A DNA stretch of 64,000 bases from Takakia lepidozioides. Lineage: Eukaryota > Plantae > Bryophyta. Position numbers and translations under genes: made by a program. How positions within the stretch are numbered: position 1 is the stretch's first letter; every line of letters begins with the position of its first letter. Shown piece after piece: positions 49,728 to 62,800 of the stretch. The notes beneath the pieces were generated by a model, which saw nothing but the letters and a program-made list of their open reading frames with translations, searched no databases and was not told the DNA's origin. The stretch covers positions 73,718,001 to 73,782,000 of the forward strand of contig CM060733.1 of assembly GCA_030704615.1 (NCBI GenBank), written 5' to 3'.

Positions 49728-51619
49728 ATGAGATGTACTCATTCATGGATGGCTTCAGTGGTTATAATCAAGTGTAAGTGGCAGAAGAAGACAAGGGAAA
49801 GACAACTTTCATCACAGACTGGGGTGCTTATGCATACAAAGTCATGCCTTTTGGACTTTGTAATGCACCAACAACCTTTCAGAGAGTGATAAGTGAATCT
49901 TTTCATGAGTATCTGGATGATTTCAGTGTGTACAGCTCTAAGAATGAGCACTTGCATAAATTGGAGTTATGTTTGGCCAGATGCAGGATGAGAGGTCTGG
50001 GCCTGAATCCAGAGAAGTGTACTTTCTGTGTGAACTCAGGGGTGCTTTTGGGACACATTGTGTGTAAGAGGGGACTTCTTGTGGATCCCAGGAAGATAGA
50101 GGCCATTAAAGCCTCTCCACCACCAGTAAATGTTAAGAGTCTAAGGAGATTCCTTGGACAAACCAGTTATTACAGAAGATTTGTCAAAAGGTATGCACAG
50201 ATAGCAGCACCATTGAGCAAGCTTCTGAAGAAAGATGTAGTGTTTGTATGGACAGCTGAATGTCAACAGGCTTTTGAGGAACTTACATTGTCAGTAACAA
50301 CTACACCTGTGCTGATTAACCCTCACTGGCATGTAGTATTTCATGTTCACTGTGATGCTCAGGAGAAGCGTTGGGAGCGGTGTTAGCCCAAAATGTTACA
50401 GGAAATATAGATTCACCTGTGTACTATGCTAGCAGGTTGATGAACAGTGCTGAAAGGAACTATAGCACAACTGAAAGAGAAGCACTGGCAATGATTTATG
50501 CAGTCAAGAAATTCAGGCATTACCTATTGGAAGAAAGTTTATGTTTTATGTGGATCACCAGGCTCCGATATATCTGGTGAACAAACCTTTGATAAGTGGA
50601 AGGATAGCAAGGTGGTTAATAATCTTGCACGAGTTTGAGTTCGAAGTTGTTTACAAGCCTGGCCGTTTGCATCTTGTGGCAGATCATTTCTCACGCCTAA
50701 CAACAGGAGAGCCCCCACAGGAGTAGACGACCAATTACCTGATGCAAGTTTATTTGCAATGGAGGTGCAAGGAAGTGCAGATGAATGGTTAGATTGGCAG
50801 TGGCCAATCAGATACTACCTTACTCATGGTCAGTGCCCACCTAGTTATGGTAAGGAGCAGAGGAAGAGAATCGCTATCAAGGCTTTACCTTATACTATGG
50901 TAGGGGGCAAAATGTATAAACTAGGACCTGATGGAGTACTTAAACGATGCTTGTACCACCATGAAGTAAATAAAGTTTTGGAGGAAGTTCATAAAGGTGT
51001 GGGCTGGAGGTCATTTTGGAGAAGAGACTACCAGTAGGAAGATACTACTTGCAGGTTACTGGTGGCCTACTTTGTTCAAAGATGTACACAAGTATTGTCA
51101 GAGTTGTGATGAATGTCAGAGGCTAGGACCTTTGCAGAGATCTGGGAAGATGGCTTTGCATCCTACGATGCCTACTGAACCATTTCAGAAATGGGGACTA
51201 GACTTTGTTGGACCAATTAACCCACCAGCCAAGAATACACAGAACAAGTACATAATTACAGCCACTGATTATATTACAAAGTGGGTGGAAGCTAAAGCTC
51301 TGAGGGACAACACAGCCAAGTCCACAGCAAGGTTCCTGTATGAGAACATACTTACACGATTTGGCTATCCCTTGGAATTTATCAGTGACCAGGGAAGTCA
51401 CTTCATTAATGAGACCATTGAACTATTGACTAAAGAGTTCATGATTGTGCATAGGAAGAGTACAACGTATTACCCACAGGGTAATGGGCAAGCAGAGGCT
51501 ACCAACAAAATACTATGTACTATCTTGGCTAAGATAGTCAATGCAAACAGAACGGATTGGGATACAAAGCTGCTGACAGCTTTGTGGTCATACAAGACTT
51601 CATATAAAGTCACCACTAA
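49728..51619 (+). pseudogene. pol: pol fragment of copy A (RT - RNase H - integrase), host of copy B
   Basis: MPFGLCNAP, YLDD, HCDA, EREALA, WGLDF, SDQGSHF. Confidence 0.93.
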
Positions 51620-52207
51620 CATCTTCACATGGCTGTGGGTTTCCCTTAGTTCGTTCATGATCAGAGTTCATGCAATCCTCATCCACGCCGCAGCGGAAGA
51701 GAAGACATGGATGGGGAGTTTTTGGATTGTTCTTGCTCTTGATTCTACTTTTATACAACAGCCTTGCCCTATGATCATAGCGCCACCAGTGCTGCCATGA
51801 TCTTTTCTGTGATGCAACCAGCCCTATGACAGCGCTGAACACGACCCTTAATGTGAAGCTCCCTTGAGTAGTGACACGTCGGAAGCCCCCTTTGTAATGG
51901 TGACACAGATTTAGAGGGAGGCAGCTCAGATCTGCCATGAACTGCAGGGCCACTGGTCTCTTTCAGGGTTCATGTTTTCTTCATCTCATCTCCCCAAATT
52001 GGCCATCCCCCATCAACCCCTTTTACTGAGCAGCTCTCTCCCTTCCCAAATCCTTTTCTCTCTCTCTCTAATCTTGGTCTACAGGTTCCTCACTTCTTCA
52101 ACAGCAGCATATCTACCATGCAATGCAATGCACAACTCAGCCAGGCATCCAGTGCACCCAGCCTTGAAATCATCCTCGGTCACACAAGGCATAACCATCC
52201 CATTCAT

Positions 52208-52210
<3 letters not shown>

Positions 52211-52258
<48 letters not shown>
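52211..52258. repeat. (TC)24 microsatellite
   Basis: Read directly. Confidence 0.97.
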
Positions 52259-52260
<2 letters not shown>

Positions 52261-54254
52261 GCCAATGTCCAACCCTTCACACTACCTTTTTCCAAAAGAA
52301 GCCATTGCCCAAACAGCTCTCAGCCTTTCTACAAGTTTCAACCAAATACCCCAACAGCCCTCTTTTCCCTTCAACTGTGAACCTCAGTTGTTCATACCTG
52401 AGACCATACTGGAAATCAGTTCCAAAACCAAATCAGTGTCGGTATTGCTTCCCCATCCACATTATCCTTTCTCTGTTTTCAACAGTTCTAACTAACCCTC
52501 ACTGGTGTTTTCAATCAGCCAAGCTAGGTCTACATTGGTTCCAGTGTATCAATACCCAGGGCAGCATTGTGTACAGGTTTATAACACTGAAACAAAGAAC
52601 AAGAATGAAGACAAACAGTGACCATTCTGATTCAGTGACAAGCAATCTCTCCCCCACTCATTTCTCCTACTGACACTATAACATCAGGTGCATCCATCCT
52701 TTCCCTATCCTGGTTTGAAGTCCAGAGTCTCCATTCCATTTCCAAAACATTTTTCTCTATCACATGTCTCTACCTCCTTCTCCTCTACCAAGAGCCAGTC
52801 CTAAATCCACACCAAAACAATTTCTAAGTCACTACCCCCCAAAAACCGAAGCCCACAGTCTACGAACTTATCTGTTTTATCCTCCAGCGAAGCGGTGGAT
52901 CTGCCTGCCAAGATGGCACCTCACCATCGACTGTCAGCAGCCACTTCAACCTATTCTCCTTGTCTTGATTCCAATATTTATCATGCCATGATGGCTCCTC
53001 TTCATCCTATGGAACATCCTGTGGCTTGCCAACTAAATACTCTATCCTTCTATGCGTGCAATTCTTCCCTAAGAATTGACATGGTCCTATAGTAAGATGA
53101 CACAAAAGCAGCTATAAGCTTTGATTACAGATAACCTGAGTTGCCATCCAGCCAGCACTTCACATGCCTCATCCCCTCCATTGATTGTGCCCACAACTCA
53201 CTTCCTTGTGCTTCCGGCAGATGGCCGTTTTCCTTGCTTGCTCATCTGCCCATAACTGTTTTCTTCAAGGCAATGGCGACAGCGGTGGTGCGCCGCTCTT
53301 CTTACATGCTCCTACTCCAGGAATTGATCATCACTACGAGAGAAGCGACACCACTTTCCCTTACACAGAATACCAAGCAGAAGCACTTAATGTCGCTCTC
53401 AAAACCAAGCAGAGTCCCATAGCGTAGGTACAACCTCCCACAAACAGACGGCCCTGACAACCCCACTGCTCGCAGCAGCTGCTAAGAGTTGCCCGTCATC
53501 TTCCTCTTCGTTTTCCTCAACCCGCATTTCTAGGTTAAACACCTGGGATGAAAACGTTCATCCTACGGATGAAAATACGCATGGTCATGACTTAGCCATT
53601 TTTATCCTGGCAAAGCATAAGCACAGTATGCCCATGAAATTACCTGTATGCAGGGATATATCCCTCCTGCAGTTGTACAACGGGCACTCCCGTTGTAGTG
53701 ATGCAGGGTCTTAACGGTAAGACAAAATGTAATGTCACTCCCCTTCATTCACACTACATATGTAGTGTGTCTCCCTTTTTAAGTGTCAGGGTCCTCACTG
53801 ACCACCTTCACTGGCTGACCACCCACTGGTGGTATGAATGGTTTCAAATCCCGCCTACTTCTTACCCATTCCTTGTTTGCCCCATCTCTTAGCCTGCATC
53901 ATCAGCCCACTTCCCTTCCAGTATCATAAGGTACTCCCAACAGGTACATTGTGTTAATTCCCCTTTTGTTTCTGCTCCAGATATCTTGGTGAGGTCCGTT
54001 TATAATATTGTTTTTGATTGTCATGCCTTGGCCTTCAGCAAAGGAAAGCCCCTCTCTGCTCATAATCTTCATGGCCACTTCTGTCTGGCTGGTGCAAGTA
54101 GTGTTGTTCTCAAACTGAAACCACCACCTGGTTTCCATGCAGCTTATCATGCCAATTTCATGGCCTTCTTCCTTGGCCACAATTTTCGTGCTCCATCCCT
54201 GAGCTTGCATCATCGTCCAGCCTCTCTTGTTTAAGTGACAGCGTCCCGGCTGTC

Positions 54255-55244
54255 TGTCGCGCGGCTTCTACTCACCCATCCCTTCGCTATCCGAGGCGGA
54301 AACTCAAAGATAGAAGAGTTGGAAATCTCTAAGTACTCAGCCCGCGTAGAACAATCAGTCATGACCTACAGCTAGTGTATCATGGGGGTGTTTCCTCTTT
54401 GTTTCCCTTTTGGCATTCATGTTAGCTACCTTACCATTGATAATTAAGTATCAGTTTGCTTCATCAATTTATCGGATTCCATCAACCCATCCATTCATTC
54501 CACAGCTTCACTCAGGTCTCTCTACACAGTGTGGTTGTATCGTATAAGTATCAGATTATGATTTATCAGGTATCAGGCCGAAGCCATTGTGTCTCTAATC
54601 TGCTCTACAATATCACTACAGTTTTGCATATAACAAGCATCTACTAATCATCTCTCCTCCTTCACCGTGCTCTCCATCTTTGCTTCCGTTCTTACTCTCC
54701 GCCCGATCCTCTCTCTCTCCTGACGTGCTTCCAAGAATCATCCCCAAAAAGCCCCCTACTCAGTCCTTGCTTCTCCCTTTATCTTCCTACCCGTGGCTCT
54801 AACCGTTTCCCTCACTAACCGTCGTCCGTGAACTAACATGTTCCATTTGCAGGTGTTGTTCCCCACAGTCATTCCCTGTCCTGCTCTCCGTTCCCTATGA
54901 TCGTGACAGCTGTGTCAAGCTGTGACTGGCTGTGTGAAACTGTGACGGGCTGTGATTGGCTGTGTGACTGTGTTTGGCTGTGTCGGGCTGTGACTGGCTG
55001 TGTGGCTGTGTCGGCTGTGACGGGCTGTGTTGGCTGTGATGGCTGTGTCGGGCTGTGACGAGCTGTGCTGACTGTGTCTGGCTGTGTCGTCTGTGACGGG
55101 CTGTGTTGGCTGTGACGGGCTGTGTAACCCCCTCTACAGTGCGCTGCTGTCACCCCTAAGGCTCCTGTTGGTCTCAGTCTGTGCAAAATTAGGGGTACCC
55201 TACAGATCCCGTATAAGTGTCTAAGTCCCAGACAGTCCCTAACA
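54255..55244 (-). repeat. 3' LTR of a further copy (PPT at ~55247-55260)
   Basis: Same LTR family on the reverse strand. Confidence 0.93.
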
Positions 55245-56578
55245 TTACCCCTCCCCTCTCAAAAAGCCGTGTCCTCACGGTTTACTGATTGCGATTAGCA
55301 AACCTTTGTGAGTGAGCACCTTTCTGACGTTGAGAGTTTTGTGGCGGACTGTGTGTACGAGCCCGAGGTCTGTCCTGTCGAGACTCCTTTACTCAGAACG
55401 ACGCCGCCTCTTGCGCTTAATTCCCTCCAATTTCTTGATCCTTTCTCTGGCTTTCTATTGGCTGTAACCACTGTGACTTGATTTTGATTCATTTTTCTTT
55501 ATTGGACTTTCCCTGCTGGATAGTCCACTAGGATCACTATTGTGGCAAGAATTTCGCTTTTCTGTACTTGCCGTTTGTTCCGTTCCCCTTTTTCCGTATT
55601 CATTAATGGGCCCGCCTTTCATCCATTTGACGTCCGTTATTGTCTCTTTCTTTAGTACCCCTGTCTTGCACTTCCTTCTCGGCTGTGTGTCGCGCCCTGA
55701 CTTCCACGTGTCTATTTTTAAACTGGTTTCCATCTTTTCTTACGTCAGCCATTTTCCTGAAGTTATTGTGCGCCAGCCTGTCACTGATTCTATGGATCGT
55801 GTAATCCTAGTAGGCTGTGTGGGAGCTGTGACAGGCTCTGTCATACTGTGGTAGCTGTGATAGGCTGTGATGACGTGGTAAGCTGTGATAGGCTGTGACA
55901 CGCTGTGGTAGGTTGTGATAGGCTGTGTTTCGCCGTGCTGGGCTGTTGAATAGGCTGTGTCACGTCGTGATGGGCTGTGATGGGTTGTGTTTCGGCCTTG
56001 ATGGGCTGTGATAGGCTGTGTCACGCTTGTTTTGGCCCGCCCTAGTCATATATGTCGGCCTAGCAACAAGTGCTCCATACTCCGTTCGTAACACTGGTGT
56101 CAGCCCGGACTGCTCTTGCGTTTCAACATGCAAGTCATGCCTGCAGGGTTTGTCATGGATACCACTGTATCCCTTTAGACTTATTGGCATGACTCTTTCC
56201 CAGCATTTCTTTGTTAATGGTTTGTAACATGGCGGTGTTGTTATCATACATTTTTTGTATGACATAAGGTCCTTTCCATGTGATTTAAGCTTAGAAGCTT
56301 TAATCTTTCCTTTCTTCTAAACATAGAACCAAATCCCTCTTAAAAGTGTTTAACTTGGCCTCATCAAACTGTTCCTTTTCTCTTCATCTGAATTCTGGTC
56401 ATATTATCAGCTGCTCAGCACGTACTTCTTCCACATGATATAATTCATGTTTCCTGACCTTAAGGAATCTTGCAATTCCATTCCTTTCCCACTCCGTTCT
56501 CATGGTAGGTAACAGGAATTCCACTGTAAGGAAGGCTTCCATACCATAAACTAATTGGAAGGTGTAATCTTTAGTGGT
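55245..56578 (-). pseudogene. Integrase end, 30-bp repeats and spacer joined directly to the end of ORF3
   Basis: Homologous to 39400-40590 and 44282-44412; junction at ~55365-55373. Confidence 0.85.
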
Positions 56579-57078
56579 NNNNNNNNNNNNNNNNNNNNNN
56601 NNNNNNNNNNNNNNNNNNNNNNNNNNNNNNNNNNNNNNNNNNNNNNNNNNNNNNNNNNNNNNNNNNNNNNNNNNNNNNNNNNNNNNNNNNNNNNNNNNNN
56701 NNNNNNNNNNNNNNNNNNNNNNNNNNNNNNNNNNNNNNNNNNNNNNNNNNNNNNNNNNNNNNNNNNNNNNNNNNNNNNNNNNNNNNNNNNNNNNNNNNNN
56801 NNNNNNNNNNNNNNNNNNNNNNNNNNNNNNNNNNNNNNNNNNNNNNNNNNNNNNNNNNNNNNNNNNNNNNNNNNNNNNNNNNNNNNNNNNNNNNNNNNNN
56901 NNNNNNNNNNNNNNNNNNNNNNNNNNNNNNNNNNNNNNNNNNNNNNNNNNNNNNNNNNNNNNNNNNNNNNNNNNNNNNNNNNNNNNNNNNNNNNNNNNNN
57001 NNNNNNNNNNNNNNNNNNNNNNNNNNNNNNNNNNNNNNNNNNNNNNNNNNNNNNNNNNNNNNNNNNNNNNNNNNNNNN
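56579..57078. other. Assembly gap (500 N)
   Basis: Run of N. Confidence 1.
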
Positions 57079-59764
57079 GCGCTGTGTTTGTGGTTGTGTA
57101 GTAACCAAGGTTCAGCTACTGGTACCACTGAATGTTGTGGTGGTGGTGGTACTGGCTCCTGTATCATTGGCATCTCCTGCACCTCTGTGAAGACTGAAAA
57201 GCCAAAGTTCTGGCTTGTAAATAAGAAGCCATTAGCTGTTCCTGAGGGATATAGACTCTTGGTCGATGTGTTTGAAATGAGGTCTTCCACTTGAGTCTGG
57301 AGTCCGTCTACATCCTCTTGTAACTCTGCTATCCTACTATAGACATTGTCTATAGTAGTTGTGGCAATGTTCTGCACCTGCAGCCTGAGCATCATTCATC
57401 TCGTTTTGGGTGAGCTTCCGTGGGGCTTTGCCCTCTACTGGCCCTTGTGCTAACCAGACCTGCATAAGGCTGTTATCCACCAAGCTGCTTGTGGTTCCCC
57501 TGAGAGTTTGCTCCTCTCTTAGCTTGTACAATTCCAATGCTGTTGTAAAGGCCTCCATGCGCTTCGCCTGTGGCTCAACCAATTGCGCATAAGCAGCAAG
57601 TAGATTATTGGCTTCCTTCCAAGCCTTGTTACTGACCGCGATTTCATTTCTATTGGCCATGATGGTTTGTTGCAACTCACGATGTGTTTCTCTTGATCAG
57701 CTTCCATCTGCCTGTATTGCTTGAAAGTATTTTCATTGCGACAGATTGTATTCTTCATATCGACAATGAGCTTCATTTGCTCAACATTCTCTTCTTCTGC
57801 CTTCGTACATTTTCCGCTTGACTGTTTATTTCTTTTGTTGATTGGTCAAGCATAGTTGTAAATGTAGCACATTGTATCGCCATCTTGTTATGCACTGTCT
57901 GCAACTCCGTATGTAGTGCATTCAGTTCTTGCAACTGCTTTCATGCTGCACCTGCATTTGGTATAGCTGTTGCTTATGTGCTTCGTGCAACTGGTCTTGC
58001 GCTAGGCCTGCCTCAATCAATTGTTGCTTGGCCAATTGCAAAGCCATTTCTGTATTGCCCAAGTCCTGCTTCATCTTGAGAGTGACCTCTTCATTGACCT
58101 TGTTTGCACACTCAGTGGCAAGTCGAGCCTCAAACTCCTTCCTGAGTTCCTCTTTCAAGGCTGTCAATTGGGTAATTGGAACATGGGATTTGACATAAGT
58201 CCCCAACAAATTAAGTGTCCTGCCTATGGAACTCATCAGCATTGCCTGTTGAGGGTCATCATGGTGAGGTTGCTGCTGTTCCTCCTGATCTTCAACAGTA
58301 TGATGTCTCACTAACCCTTCAGGCCATTGTCCCACCGGATTTTCTTCCTGAACTACTTCATCTATCACCGGTGCTACAGTGTCATGACCTTCCGCCTGTG
58401 GTACCTCCGACACAGGTGTGTGTATTATATGCACCTCAGGATTTCCCTGGGCAATTGTTGCACCTCTGGGATTTCTGTCTCCTTGACCAGACCAGAATAT
58501 TCATAGAGAAGGTCCCCTTTCTCTATTCTGCCACTATCTGTTTGTAGTTGGAATATCTATCCCTTCACTTTCCAAATCAATTATTCGGGTTGAGCTGCAT
58601 GGATAACTTGTGACCTTGTGACAAGTCGTTCAAGTGGTTGTGATGGTTGTGATGCAGAAGTAACTTCCTCCTCCCTCTCTGAAGGTCCTGCTTCCAGTAA
58701 TAGCATTTGTCTGTGCTGCTGTGCCCCTTCCTGGCCATGAGCTTGGGAAACATTATCATGCGGAATCCGTGAAGCCAGTGGATCCGCCACTACAGTCTTT
58801 CCCCTTCTCTGCCTCTTAGTCTCGGGTTGTGCTGCTAGTCCACCCTCACTGTGTGAAGAGCCTTGCTCTTCCATTGCAGTTGTTTCTGGCTCAAACACTC
58901 CCATTTCCTTCCTTTCTTGTGCATTAAGTATGCCAGAATTAAGGATTATTTGAGCAATGATTGGGCCAGACACTATGATAGGAGACTTTGCGGTAGTAAC
59001 CTTGTAATCTTTTCATCTCCTCTACTAGTGCGTTGTACATTATGTCCGCCCATTGTACCTCTTGTCCCTTCAGGCCTTTGAGTATTTCCTCTGTGAAGGA
59101 TCTGCTCAAATATTGTTGGTTCTGTTTCAGGGCAATCAGAACGTTCAATACCTGGCCTATCTCTTTAACCCTGGGTACACAGCTTTGGTACAAGCATAAC
59201 CCTGAGTTTTAAAGAAACTCCTTCTTGGAATAAGTCCCCTATTTGCAGTCTTGCCCTGTGTTCCTCCACATGCACCTGACCTGCTGGCAATCGAAACAAT
59301 TGCTGGAGGTATAGGGGAGTAATCATTAATTCAACTCCCTTCACCGTTGTTGTTCCTGTCCTTGGCTCAAAGTTCTGCAAAAATTGTAACATGTACTGTC
59401 TATGGTGTAGTGTCAAATCTAGGCTTTGCAATCCTTCCAATCTCAGCTCCTCCAGTATCTTTATCGCCTGTGGGGTAGCCATCGTTTGTTTCTGCAGAAT
59501 TGTGGTGCTCTTCACCCTGATTTCCTCCATTCCTCTCACTCTCTTCATTTTAGACTCACAGAACTGCTTTGGCTGTAACAACTGCAGGAATGCCTGTAGT
59601 GCACAAAATATAAACGTATGGTTGCCGCAGAAAGCTATGGGTAATTTCTTGTAAGCCTGCGGGGCTTGCAAGCATTGCTCAAGAGAAAAGCTCTGCTCTG
59701 TCCTTTCATGTCTATGCCACTGCGTAAGTAATATTGCGAGCGTATAGTCTGTTAGTTCCTCCAT
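57079..59764 (-). pseudogene. More diverged ORF3 copy, frameshifted
   Basis: MEELTDYTLAILL... through QEPVPPPPQ. Confidence 0.88.
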
Positions 59765-59877
59765 AGTTTCAAGTTATAGCATTTATGGCCTGTCCTGTCG
59801 AGACGCCCGTTACTCAGAACGACGCCGCCTCTTGCGCTCAATTTCCCTCCATTTTCTTGATCCTTTCTCTGGTTTTC

Positions 59878-62800
59878 TAGACATGTACAGCTCAAACAGT
59901 GTGCGCCAACGCACACTGTTTGAGCTGCCACTGAATGGTTATTTCATCATCATAAGCCTGCCCTGGAAGACCGAATTTAGCACCCAAAAAACAGTGACAT
60001 GTACAGCTCAAACAGTGTGCGTTGGAGCACACTGTTTGAGCTGCCACTGAATGGTTATTTCATCATCATAAACCTGCCTTGGAAGTCCGAATTTAACACC
60101 AAAAAAATAGTAACATGTACAGCTCAAACAGTGTGCGCCAACGCACACTGTTTGAGCTGCCACTGAATGGTTATTTCATCATCATAAACGTGCCCTGGAA
60201 GTCCGAATTTAACACCCAAAAAACAGTGACATGTACAGCTCAAACAGTGTGCGTTGGAGCACACTGTTTGAGCTGCCACTGAATGGTTATTTCATCATCA
60301 TAAACCTGCCCTAGAACTCCTAATTTAACACTAAAAAAATAGTGACATGTACAGCTCAAACAGTGTGCGTTGGCGCACACTGTTTGAGCTGCCACTGAAT
60401 GGTTATTTCATCATCATAAACCTGCCTTGGAAGTCCGAATTTAACACCAAAAAAACAGTGACATGTACAGCTCAAACAGTGTGCGCCAACGCACAGTGTT
60501 TGAGCTGCCACTGAATGGTTATTTCATCATCATAAAAATGCCCTCGAAGTCCGAATTTAACACCAAAAAACAGTGACATGTACAGCTCAAACAGTGTGCG
60601 CCAACGCACACTGTTTGAGCTGCCACTGAATGGTTATTTCATCATCATAACCCTGCCCTGGAAGACCGAATTAGCACCAAAAAAACAGTGACATGTACAG
60701 CTCAAACAGTGTGCGTTGGAGCACACTGTTTGAGCTGCCACTGAATGGTTATTTCATCATCATAAACCTGCCTGGAACTCCTAATTTAACACTAAAAAAA
60801 ATGGTGACATGTACAGCTCAAACAGTGTGCGTTGGCGCACACTGTTTGAGCTGCCACTGAATGGGTTTCATCATCATAAACCTGCCCTGGAAGTCCGAAT
60901 TTAACACAAAAAAAATAGTGACATGTACAGCTCAAACAGTGTGCGCCAACGCACATTGTTTGAGCTGCCACTGAATGGTTATTTCATCATCATAAATGTG
61001 CCCTGGAAGTCCGAATTTAACACCAAAAAAAGAGTGACATGTACAGCTCAAAGAGTGTGCCCCAACACACACTGTTTGAGCTGCCACTGAATGGTTATTT
61101 CATCATCATAAACCTGCCCTGGAAGTCCGAATTTAACACTAAAAAAAACAGTGACATGTACAGCTCAAACAGTGTGCGTTGGCGCACAATGTTTGAGCTG
61201 CCACTGAATGGTTATTTCATCCTCAGAACCGTGCCCTAAATGCCAAATTTAAACCTGAAAAAACACTTAAATGTATAGCTCAGACAGTGACATGTTCAGC
61301 TGAAACAGTGTGCGCCAATGCACACTGTTTGAGCTACCACTGAATGGTTATTTCATCATCAGACCCGTGCCTAAATGCCGAATTTAAACCGGAAAAACAC
61401 TTAAATGTAGAGCTCAAACAGTGTGCGCCAACGCACAGTGTTTGAGCTGCCACTGAATGGTTATTTCATCATCATAAAACTGCCCTGGAAGTCCGAATTT
61501 AACACCAAAAAAACAGTGACATGTACAGCTCAAACAGTGTGCGCCAACGCACACTGTTTGAGCTGCCACTGAATGGTTATTTCATCATCATAACCCTGCC
61601 CTGGAAGACCGAATTTAGCACCAAAAAAACAGTGACATGTACAGCTCAAACAGTGTGCGTTGGAGCACACTGTTTGAGCTGCCACTGAATGGTTATTTCA
61701 TCATCATAAACCTGCCCTGGAACTCCTAATTTAACACTAAAAAAATGGTGACATGTACAGCTCAAACAGTGTGCGTTGGCGCACACTGTTTGAGCTGCCA
61801 CTGAATGGTTATTTCATCATCATAAACCTGCCCTGGAAGTCCGAATTTAACACCAAAAAAATAGTGACATGTACAGCTCAAACAGTGTGCGCCAACGCAC
61901 ATTGTTTGAGCTGCCACTGAATGGTTATTTCATCATCATAAATGTGCCCTGGAAGTCCGAATTTAACACCAAAAAAAAGAGTGACATGTACAGCTCAAAG
62001 AGTGTGCCCCAACACACACTGTTTGAGCTGCCACTGAATGGTTATTTCATCATCATAAACCTGCCCTGGAAGTCCGAATTTAACACTAAAAAAACAGTGA
62101 CATGTACAGCTCAAACAGTGTGCGTTGGCGCACAATGTTTGAGCTGCCACTGAATGGTTATTTCATCCTCAGAACCGTGCCCTAAATGCCAAATTTAAAC
62201 CTGAAAAAACACTTAAATGTATAGCTCAGACAGTGACATGTTCAGCTGAAACAGTGTGCGCCAATGCACACTGTTTGAGCTACCACTGAATGGTTATTTC
62301 ATCATCAGACCCGTGCCTAAATGCCGAATTTAAACCGGAAAAACACTTAAATGTAGAGCTCAAACAGTGTGCGCCAACGCACACTGTTTGAGCTGCCACT
62401 GAATGGTTATTTCATCCTCAGAAACGTGCCCTAAATGCAAAATTTTAACACCAAATAAACACTTACATGTTCAGCTCAAATAGTGTAAGCCAACGCACAC
62501 TACTTGACCTGCCACTGAATGGTTATTTCATCATCATAAAACTGCCCTGGAAGTCCGAATTTAACACCAAAAAAACAGTGACATGTACAGCTCAAACAGT
62601 GTGCGCCAATGCACACTGTTTGAACTGCCACTGAATGGTTATTTCATACTCAGAAACGTGCCCTAAATGCCGAATTTCAATCGAAAAAAACACTTACATG
62701 TTCAACTCAAACAGTGTGCGCCAACGCACACTGTTTCAGCTGCCACTGAATGGTTATTTCATCATCATAAACCTGCCCTGGAAGTCCGAATTTAACACTA

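Noticed and set aside
51620-54254. Several short ORFs in unique-looking DNA
   Set aside because: No motifs recognised; one ORF is inflated by the (TC)n repeat.
56551-57395. ORFs spanning poly-X
   Set aside because: Artefacts of the 500-N gap.
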